DNA of 12,022 bases from Octopus sinensis (lineage: Eukaryota), in the NCBI RefSeq assembly GCF_006345805.1, contig NW_021826760.1:1-12022 (forward strand), read 5' to 3'. Of this stretch, positions 1 through 8,217 are shown piece after piece. The position numbers and the translations under genes are program-made. How positions within the stretch are numbered: position 1 is the first letter of the stretch; each line of letters opens with the position of its first letter. The notes beneath the pieces were generated by a model. It was given only the letters and a program-made list of their open reading frames with translations. It was not told the origin of the DNA and did no database searches.

Positions 1-130
1 GTTCAAATTCCGCCGAGGTCGACTTTGCCTTTAGTGGTCGATAAATTAAGTACTAATGAAAGACTGGAGCCGATGTAATCGACTAGTCGTGCCCCACAAA
101 CTTCAGTCCTTGTGCCTTGAATAGAAAGGC
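1..130 (+). mobile_element. tRNA-derived SINE family A, 3' part (cut by window start)
   Basis: Starts with B-box-like GTTCAAATTCC, then GCCGAGGTCGACTTTGCC...GTCGATAAATTAAGTAC...GATGTAATCGACTAG...CCTTGTGCC. Similar to seven other copies in the window and followed by a (TTA)n tail. Confidence 0.85.

Positions 131-201
<71 letters not shown>
131..201. repeat. (TTA)n microsatellite; tail/target of the adjacent SINE and LINE
   Basis: Perfect TTA run. Confidence 0.98.
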
Positions 202-309
202 TTCATATATACTCAAGAGATTACACTGTTGGTAAAGAAAAAATCCTAACATCAGGTTAGGATTTAGATGCCCAGAACCCTCCCAAGTATCCTAGATGTC
301 CTATAACAT

Positions 310-595
310 TGCAGCGTGGAAGGTGTTTGTAAGCCATTTAAGAAACCACACAAAAGCCGTTCGATTCACTTCAACATTTAAGTTTAAATTTGTCAAAATA
401 TTTTCGTCGCTAAAATCCGCGACCTGTTCACTGACAAAAATCGTGCTGCATCTCATGCAGCACGGATTTTTGTCAGTGAACAGTCGCGGATTTTAGCGAC
501 GAAAATATTTTGACAAATTTAAACTTAAATGTTGAAGTGAATCGAACGGCTTTTGTGTGTTTCTTAAATGGCTTATAAACACCTTCCACGCTGCA
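310..595. mobile_element. Palindromic (foldback) MITE-like insertion
   Basis: Arms 310-451 and 455-595 are reverse complements (1 substitution, 3 single-base indels) around a 3-nt loop CTC. Termini are TGCAGCGTGG...CCACGCTGCA, flanked by AT (308-309, 596-597). No coding capacity. Confidence 0.8.
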
Positions 596-604
596 ATTGT
601 TTTC

Positions 605-661
605 GTTTCAGCACACGATCTCAGATCAAATTACTTGCAATGCGAGTACATCTCCGTAAAA
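605..661 (+). other. 57-bp insert flanked by a 17-18 bp duplication of LINE sequence
   Basis: CCTAATAACATTGTTTTC at 662-679 recurs as CCTATAACAT[MITE]ATTGTTTTC at 300-309/596-604. The insert ends in AAAA. Confidence 0.6.
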
Positions 662-1239
662 CCTAATAACATTGTTTTCTGGATATATAATAAAGTGGCC
701 TTTATGCCTATTTTCTCTGTCCATCTGTTCAGATCTTTAGGGATAGTTCCCAATGCACCTATAACTACTGGGATACATTTTACTCGCACTTTCCATAGTC
801 TCTATAATTCAATAGCTTGGTCTTGGTACTTTGCTATTTTTTCTATACTTCTCATATTAATTTTTTCATTTGGGACAGTCAAGTCAAATATCTATCACTT
901 TCTATTCTTTTATCTACTACAACCAAATCAGACCTCCAAGCTTCTATTGCTGTCAGTCTGATTGTTGAAGTCCCACAACATCTGATATATTTCTCGCTTT
1001 CTTGTACTTTACTAGGTTCCTGTTCATACCATTTATCAGTATGGTCAAATCCTAGCTTTCTACATAACTCCCAGTAGATTACCCTCCATAGGTTGTTGTC
1101 TTTTCTTGTATTCTTTCTGTGCCAGCGTGTTACATTCACTTACTATATGAGTAACACTTTCCTCTTTCGATTTGCATAATCTACATTGGGAATCTACTGG
1201 GTTTTTGTCTATCTTGACTTTTATCCAAGATTGACAAAC

Positions 1240-1299
<60 letters not shown>

Positions 1300-1315
1300 C
1301 ATTATTATTATTATT
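1240..1315. repeat. (TAT)n microsatellite at the LINE 5' junction
   Basis: Near-perfect run. Confidence 0.97.
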
Positions 1316-1318
1316 TAA

Positions 1319-1520
1319 GGCAGCGAACTGTTAGAATCGAGAGCACGCCGGATAAAATGATTTGCAGCATTTCGTCCGTTTGTACATTCTGAGTTAAAAT
1401 TCCGCTGAGATTGATTTTTTTACCTTTCGGGGTCGATAAAATATGTACCAGTTGCGCACTGGGGTCGATGTAATCAACTAGTCCATTATAATTTCAGGCC
1501 TTGTGCCTTTAGTAGAAAAG
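1319..1520 (+). mobile_element. SINE family A, near full length
   Basis: Head GGCAGCGAACTGTTAGAATCG, B-box-like GAGTTAAAATTCC, body TTTCGGGGTCGATAAAATATGTACCAGTTGCGCACTGGGGTCGATG, tail GGCCTTGTGCC followed by ATT repeats. Confidence 0.85.
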
Positions 1521-1560
1521 ATTATTATTGTTATCGTTGTTGTTGTTGTTGTTGTTGTTG

Positions 1561-1627
<67 letters not shown>

Positions 1628-1654
1628 CATCATCATCTTGATCAGTATTATTAT
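1521..1654. repeat. Compound (ATT)/(GTT)/(ATC) microsatellite
   Basis: Direct reading. Confidence 0.95.
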
Positions 1655-1699
1655 TAGTACAGCTATTTATGATCATGTATACTGGATATTGGTTTTAAA

Positions 1700-1903
1700 T
1701 TTTAGTTCAAGCAGAGCAAGTTCGGGAAATGTGGGAGGTAAGTGAGTTATATCGACACCAGTGCATAAGAGGTACTTATTTTATCGATCCTGAAAGAGAT
1801 GAAAGGCAAAGTCGACCAAGGTGGAATTTGAACTCAAAACGTAAAGGAGGTTGAAATGCCGCTAAGCATTTTGCTCTGTGTGCTAACGATTCTGCCAGCT
1901 CGC
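1700..1903 (-). mobile_element. SINE family A, diverged
   Basis: GGTACTTATTTTATCGATCCTGAAAGAGATGAAAGGCAAAGTCGACC...GGAATTTGAACTC...GCTAAGCATTT...CTAACGATTCTGCCAGCTCGC. Left boundary approximate. Confidence 0.85.
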
Positions 1904-1929
1904 AGCATCATTGACTACTGAATATGCCT

Positions 1930-2151
1930 TTCTGTTATAAACTCAGGGTCTGAAAAAATTTTTTTTTGGCGGGTGGGGGTGTTAGCCGTTTACATCGACT
2001 CTAATGTTCAGCTGGTACGTATTTTATCGTCCCCGAAAGGGATGAAAGGTAAGGTCGACCTCGGCGGAATTTGAATTGAGAATGTAAAGACGGATGAAAT
2101 ACCGCAAAGCATTTTGCTGGCGCGCTAACAATTTCGCCAGCTCGCCACCTT
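1930..2151 (-). mobile_element. SINE family A
   Basis: CTGGTACGTATTTTATCGTCCCCGAAAGGGATGAAAGGTAAGGTCGACCTCGGCGGAATTTGAATTGAG...CCAGCTCGCCACCTT. Left boundary approximate. Confidence 0.85.
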
Positions 2152-2344
2152 GTTGAATGCTGAATATTATTAAAAAGACTGTATTTATCTTATAATAACC
2201 GAAGAATAATGTGAGAAGCTAAGTGGAAGAACTTGCTCAAGTCCCAAGCACCAGGTCATTTCTTATATTTCGCTATTGGAAGGACTTTACATCTTGTGAC
2301 GTAATCCCATGCGATACGTCTATATGTATCTGTATATAGGTACC

Positions 2345-2643
2345 TATTCAACGCGCGGCAACATACACATGCACAGGCGCTTACAGATACACACACACAC
2401 ACACACACAAACACACACATATACACACAGACGTACACAAACATGCATACATGCATATATGCGTACAAATATATATATATCATATATATATATATATATA
2501 TATGTCTATATATACATACATATGTGTGTAGCGTGGGTGCGTGTGTGTGTGTGTGTGCAGGAAGGAAGTGGAGGGAGGGAGGAGGGAGCGAGTGATGGTG
2601 AGAGTGAGGTGGGAGGTGGGAGGGAGGGAGGGAGGGAGGGAGG
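2345..2643. repeat. Compound (CA)/(TA)/(TG) repeats followed by a purine-rich (GGA/GGGA)n tract
   Basis: Direct reading; (GGGA)n at about 2611-2643. Confidence 0.9.
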
Positions 2644-2755
2644 TAGATATAACTATATTCATTTAATTATAGATTACGGATACGTCTAACGTTTCTCCCT
2701 TGTGCTGACCTACGAAGACCTTCTGTCATATGGCTACGAATGCTCGAGATTTATA

Positions 2756-2774
2756 CATGTATGTGTGTGTGTGT

Positions 2775-2823
<49 letters not shown>

Positions 2824-2990
2824 GTACGTAATAGTAAGAAAAGTGCGTGCAATTGTGAGATACCTTGATGAAACAGAAAATTGAATCTGGAATTCATCTA
2901 TATATTGACAGACATTAGATGTATATACAGACATATATTACACAGGAATACATGTACACATTCACACTTATATACACACACAGACGCACT

Positions 2991-3024
<34 letters not shown>

Positions 3025-3196
3025 CATATATCTGTGTGTGTCTGTCTGTATGTACCATATATAATACATACTATATATACATAATATATTTATATTTATA
3101 TATATATAGCATATATATATATATATATGCTATATGTAGGTATGTTTGTATGAATGTATGTATGTATATGTGCGCGTGTGGGTGTGTGTATGTATG
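2756..3196. repeat. (TG)n and compound CA/TA/TG microsatellites with a short unique spacer
   Basis: Direct reading. Confidence 0.9.
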
Positions 3197-3574
3197 AGGG
3201 GTGTTGCCTTGATAGACTGATAGATTGATTGATAGATAACTTACTAGTTAGGTAGCTGATTCTAATTGAGTATTCATTGAAAGAAGGGATTAAACTGAGG
3301 CTGCTGTTGGCCAGGTAGGAAGTGGAAATTTTTTAAGAAAGCATTTTCTTTGGCCTTATTTTAACTTAGAACTCTTTTTCTCTCTGTTTTTTATTGTTCT
3401 TCTTGTTGTTTTTTGTTTTTGTTTTTTGTTTGTATGATGGACTATTTTTTTTTTTTTTGCCACTTCGTCATACATCTGGGGTTTTTTAACTTTTCGGCAA
3501 CTTTCTCTGACATATTGCCATGGAGAGAAGTTATTCTTTTAAATTACAGCAGTAATATAATCAATATTCAATCT

Positions 3575-3588
3575 CCCTCTCCTCTCTT

Positions 3589-3625
<37 letters not shown>

Positions 3626-3964
3626 TCGCTCGCTCTTTCGTTCTCTATCTGTCTATCTCTCATTCTCTTTTTCTTTCAGTTTCCCTTTTATTTTCTGTCT
3701 TATACCAGCCAACTAGTTATATATATAGACAGATAGACATATATGTATATATTTATATATACATGTGTGTGTCTGTGTGTGTGTGTATGTGTGCGTTAGT
3801 GTGTGTGTATGTGCGCATGTGTGGTGTGTAGACAGATAGATAAAGATAGATACAACTATCTATATAGATATGCGATTATTTATACATATATATATATGTA
3901 TATATGTACACACACATACATACATACATACATACATACATACATACATACATACATACATACA

Positions 3965-3997
<33 letters not shown>

Positions 3998-4012
3998 GCA
4001 TACAAACATACA
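3575..4012. repeat. (CT)n, TA/TG and (TACA)n microsatellites
   Basis: (CT)n at about 3575-3665; (TACA)n at about 3915-3992. Confidence 0.9.
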
Positions 4013-4176
4013 TAGGCGCAGGCTGAATGTATGACAAGAAAATTTGGTTGGTGAAAACTGGAGAAACCCATAATCACATGCACTGACGGACTGGGTCTAA
4101 AGATATTGGTTGTCAGGAGACTAAAGGGGCCCACCTGCAACTACAAAGAGGCCCATCCGCAACTACAATGCAATCT

Positions 4177-4385
4177 TTTATTCTTTTATTTGTATCAGTC
4201 ATTTGACTGCGGCCATGCTAGAGCACCACCTTTAGTCGAGCAACTCGACCCCGGGACTTATTCTTTTGAAGCCTGGTACTTATTCTATCGGTCACTTTTG
4301 CCGAACCGCTAAGTTACGCGGACATAAACACACCAGCATCGGTTGTCAAGTGACGTTGGGGAGACAAACACAGACACAAACACAC
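4177..4385 (-). mobile_element. SINE family C, 3' half
   Basis: CAGTCATTTGACTGCGGCCATGCTAGAGCACC...GTCGAGCAACTCGACCCC...CTGGTACTTATTCTATCGG...GCCGAACCGCTAAGTTAC...GTTGTCAAG...GACAAACACAGACAC. Matches my recollection of an abundant octopus SINE and shares a central motif with family A. Confidence 0.7.
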
Positions 4386-4424
4386 AAACACACGCACGCA
4401 CACACGTACATACATACATATATG

Positions 4425-4497
4425 CTCCAAGGCACCAAATGCTTTTGCTGCCCTTTGAATTCGTAGATGTACTTCTGTATCAAGATGTTCATCACTC

Positions 4498-4500
<3 letters not shown>
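4425..4500 (-). pseudogene. Short RTE-clade LINE ORF fragment (post-RT region)
   Basis: Translates as [25 protein letters not shown], resembling the RTE D-x-E-I/V-x-x-R-I-x-K-A-x-x-A-F-G-x-L motif. Duplicated in inverted orientation at 5871-5933. Confidence 0.6.
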
Positions 4501-4537
<37 letters not shown>

Positions 4538-4810
4538 CATACATACATACATACATACATACATTGATAGATAGATAGTTAGATAGATAGAAATACATAT
4601 ATGAATATATACTTATATATGCACATATTTATATATGTGTATATATATATATATATAGTGACGTATTTTTGCCATTTCAATATGGCTAACCCCTAAGGGT
4701 GGATGCTACTGTAGTTTTTAGCCCCAGGAGGACACACTCCTCCAGCTGGCCATAGACACACTTTCTGTGTCCTGTCAGTATTTGCAAAGGGAAGTCATCC
4801 TTCCCGCCTT

Positions 4811-4880
4811 CAACTTATGATACACACGGACTCGAGTTTCGAGGTATTGACCTCTCGTCAGCGTGTGACAATCATAGTTG
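4811..4880 (-). ncRNA. Type I hammerhead ribozyme, copy 1
   Basis: Minus strand reads CACACG-CUGACGA-GAGGU(CAAU)ACCUC-GAAA-C(UCGA)G-UC-CGUGUG. Stem I is 6 bp, stem II is 5 bp, stem III is minimal with a palindromic loop, and the GUC triplet predicts cleavage between 4829 and 4828. Stem I extends via UAUGAU/AUCAUA and CAAC/GUUG. Confidence 0.93.
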
Positions 4881-5163
4881 TCGGCGAGAATTAGATTTCC
4901 TTCACAAATACTTATACCTTTTCCAGCGTCCACTGTTGCTGATATTGAAAAAGTGAAATCAAACAATGATAAATATCAAAGTGAGTTATATACAGTAGCG
5001 TTAACACATCGTGACGTATTTTTGCCATTTCAATATGGCTAACCCCTAAGGGTGGATGCTACTGTAGTTTTTAGCCCCAGGAGGACACACTCCTCCAGCT
5101 GGCCATAGACACACTTTCTGTGTCCTGTCAGTATTTGCAAAGGGAAGTCATCCTTCCCGCCTT

Positions 5164-5233
5164 CAACTTATGATACACACGGACTCGAGTTTCGAGGTAT
5201 TGACCTCTCGTCAGCGTGTGACAATCATAGTTG
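5164..5233 (-). ncRNA. Type I hammerhead ribozyme, copy 2
   Basis: Identical sequence 353 nt away; predicted cleavage between 5182 and 5181. Confidence 0.93.
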
Positions 5234-5425
5234 TCGGCGAGAATTAGATTTCCTTCACAAATACTTATACTTTTTCCAGCGTCCACTGTCGCTGATATTG
5301 AAAAAGTGAAATCAAACAATGATAAATATCAAAGTGAGTTATATACATATATATATATATATACTTATATATATATACTTATACTATATGTGCATATATA
5401 TACTTATATCTGCACATATTTATAT

Positions 5426-5470
<45 letters not shown>

Positions 5471-5548
5471 AGCAACATCTGATAGCCTGGTCGGTCACGG
5501 TGATATATATATATATCCCCGTGACCGATCAGGCTATCAGATGTTGCT

Positions 5549-5599
<51 letters not shown>

Positions 5600-5773
5600 T
5601 AAATATGTGCATATATAAGTATAATATGCACATATAGTATAATTATATAAATATAAGTATATATATATACACATATATAAATATGTGCATATATAAGTAT
5701 ATATTATATATGTATTTCTATCTATCTAACTATCTATCTATCAATGTATGTATGTATGTATGTATATATATAT

Positions 5774-5872
<99 letters not shown>

Positions 5873-5958
5873 ACAGAGTGATGAACATCTTGATACAGAA
5901 GTACATCTACGAAATCAAAGAGCAGCAAAAGCAACATATGATGGCCTGGTCGGTCACG

Positions 5959-6000
<42 letters not shown>

Positions 6001-6002
<2 letters not shown>

Positions 6003-6090
6003 GGTATGTAGAAAAATACAACATGGACAAGAACGTATAACTCTTAGAAGACGATACAATAAACACGGACAGCACATTCGAAACCCTCAG
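6001..6090 (+). pseudogene. Possible Penelope-like GIY-YIG endonuclease remnant
   Basis: [30 protein letters not shown] loosely fits C-x2-C-x3-YIGQT-x2-TLRxR-x3-H-x3-I, but the YIG itself is not intact. Confidence 0.3.
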
Positions 6091-6147
6091 TCTTCAGTCA
6101 AGAACCGGATCATCGTAGTAATTTCGGGTGATATATATATATATATA

Positions 6148-6450
6148 TCCCCGTGACCGACCAGGCTATCAGATGTTGCTACACATCGCTGGTCACAATG
6201 CGTTTCGCATTGTTTTAGCCTTTAAATGACGCCACCCCGCTGGCTAAGCGAGCTGGCCAACAGAAGAAAGAGTGAGAGAAAGTTGCGGCGAAAGAGTACA
6301 GCAGGGATTGCCACCACCCCCTGCCGGAGCCTCGTGGAGCTTTAGGTGTTTTCGCTCAATAAATACTCACAATGCCTAGTCTAGGAATCGAAACTGTGAT
6401 CCTATGACCGCGAGTCCGCTGCCCTAACGACTGGGCCATTGCGCCTCCAC
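6148..6450 (-). mobile_element. tRNA-derived SINE family B, full length, (TA)n tail
   Basis: Minus-strand head GGAGGCGCAATGGCCCAGTCGTTAGGGCAGCGGACTCGCGGTC, with A-box at 6428-6438 and B-box GTTTCGATTCC at 6384-6394. The 3' end TGTAGCAACATCTGATAGCCTGGTCGGTCACGGGGA is followed by (TA)n. Confidence 0.88.
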
Positions 6451-6471
6451 ATACATATATATCTATTATGC

Positions 6472-6518
<47 letters not shown>

Positions 6519-6945
6519 AGAGAGAGAGAGAGAGGAGATATACATATATGAATTTATACACATATTTATATATGTACATATATATATATGCACATATTTT
6601 ATTGCACATATTTATATATGTACATATATATATATATTATGCATGTATATATACATATATATATATATAGATAGATAGATATACATATATATATATATAT
6701 ATTATATATATATATATATATGATAGATGTTTTGGAGTAGAAAAAGGGCGAAAAAAACTAGTTTAATTATAAAATGTCATTCTACTAACTCGACGATAAA
6801 AACAGAGGAGTAAATCTAAAATTAAACCTTCTTCGAGAGAGATATATATGACTTATAGATATTTTGATGTATTTAATTCAATATATTTGTGTGTGTGTGT
6901 GTGTGTGTGTATGTGTGTGTGTGTGTGTGCGTGTGTGTGTGTACA
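6451..6945. repeat. (TA)n/(GA)n/degenerate TATG tracts and (TG)n with a unique spacer
   Basis: TA-type at 6451-6725; TG at 6887-6945. Confidence 0.9.
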
Positions 6946-7227
6946 CATCTATACGTATATAGCTAAAATAGTTCGTCGCGTTTCTGTCATCGTTTTTTTT
7001 TTCTTTCTTTACTTCAATTTGGTTTTTCTCTTATCAAAACTTGAAATCAATTAGTATCTACGTATCGTATGAAGACAAAAGTAGGAAGAATTTCAGAAGT
7101 ATTTCATTTCTGCCAGCATATGTGTGTGGGTGTGTGGGTGTGTGAAAAAGAGATATAGAGAAAGTGTGCGTATGTGTGTGTGTGTGTTTGGATATAAGTA
7201 TGCGGGCGTTGGTACATAGAGCTCGAT

Positions 7228-7759
<532 letters not shown>

Positions 7760-7980
7760 GTTAGCACAAATTTTTAGGGAATGCAGTGTCTCAGTTGGTG
7801 AAGCTGAACACGTAATCGCATTTGCTACCATCATTCTATCGCCATACAAAACCAATTCACTTCTCACACGATGCTAACGTCTTCGATAACTAACAGGAAT
7901 CCGTTAGATCTGTTACTAAACCATAAAACATTCTGAAGAGAAACTTAAAATCTTCAATGGATTGTTCATATATTCGTTTC

Positions 7981-8081
7981 GTTTAACATTTCGGCACAAT
8001 GCCAGCAGTTTCGATTCTACTGCTCAACTAGTACATATTTTATCGACTCCGAAAGAATGAAAGGCAAAGTCGACTTCGGTG
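7981..8081 (-). mobile_element. SINE family A fragment (headless, internally deleted)
   Basis: GGCACAATGCCAGCAGTTTCG...TTTTATCGACTCCGAAAGAATGAAAGGCAAAGTCGACTTCGG. Confidence 0.75.
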
Positions 8082-8097
8082 TGTGTGTGTGCGTGTG

Positions 8098-8217
8098 TAC
8101 AATGGACTTCTTTCAATTTCACTCCACCAAACCTGTTCAGAAGGCTTAGCTTTGCTCGGGGCTATAGTAGAAGACAGCCGTAAAAGGTGCCACGCAGTGG
8201 GACTGAACACGGAACCA
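8098..8217 (-). mobile_element. SINE family C, 5' half fragment
   Basis: Minus strand GGTTCCGTGTTCAGTCCCACTGCGTGGCACC...GTCTTCTACTATAGCCCCG, with B-box-like GTTCAGTCC at 8200-8208. Family assignment is from memory. Confidence 0.65.

Larger units (their letters stand above)
203..1239 (-). mobile_element. 5'-truncated, decayed non-LTR retrotransposon with restriction-like endonuclease (R4/Dong-like), interrupted by insertions at 310-661
   Basis: Minus-strand translation across frameshifts and stops gives a CCHC knuckle CRLCKSKEESVTHIVSEC, then YWELCRKLGFDHTDKWYEQEP, LWDFNNQTD, AIEAWRSDLVVVDK, IFDLTVPNE, EKIAKYQD, CIPVVIGALGTIPK and QKTMLLG-(T)SRILGRVLGI*. The stop is at 264-266, followed by a short 3' UTR and a (TAA)n tail. 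Both ends abut TAA repeats. Confidence 0.9.
4658..5347 (-). mobile_element. Retrozyme-like element: ~1.95 tandem copies of a 353-bp hammerhead-containing unit
   Basis: Unit 1 is 4658-5010 and unit 2 is 5011-5347, with only 2 substitutions over 337 bp. One hammerhead per unit, many short hairpins, and (TA)n on both flanks. Confidence 0.88.
4440..5933. repeat. Large spacer-less inverted duplication centred at 5509/5510; left arm interrupted by the retrozyme
   Basis: 4440-4502 is the reverse complement of 5871-5933 (2 substitutions in 63 nt). 4503-4657 mirrors ~5658-5870, and 5348-5509 mirrors 5510-~5669. Confidence 0.9.

Noticed and set aside
296-961. Plus-strand ORFs 296-496 and 557-961
   Set aside because: They come from the palindrome and the antisense of the LINE.
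2611-2643. (GGGA)n G-quadruplex-capable tract
   Set aside because: Common microsatellite here, with no context suggesting function.
3431-3530. Short minus-strand frame MSEKVAEKLKNPRCMTKW
   Set aside because: No splice or homology support.
4014-4072. Possible degraded plus-strand head of SINE family C (ATAGGCGCAGG...TTTGGTTGGTGAAAACTGGAGAAACCC)
   Set aside because: Too short and diverged to support without alignment.
4124-4167. 22-bp imperfect tandem duplication (AAGGGGCCCACCTGCAACTACA / AAGAGGCCCATCCGCAACTACA)
   Set aside because: Only two diverged copies and no spacers; an ordinary local duplication, not CRISPR-like.
4775-5319. Duplicated 63-aa ORF MFDFTFSISATVDAG...
   Set aside because: By-product of the tandem unit with no recognisable domain. 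It runs through the hammerhead cleavage site, so RNA structure explains the sequence better.
6384-6450. tRNA gene
   Set aside because: A and B boxes are present, but the cloverleaf is imperfect and it continues into a SINE body and tail.
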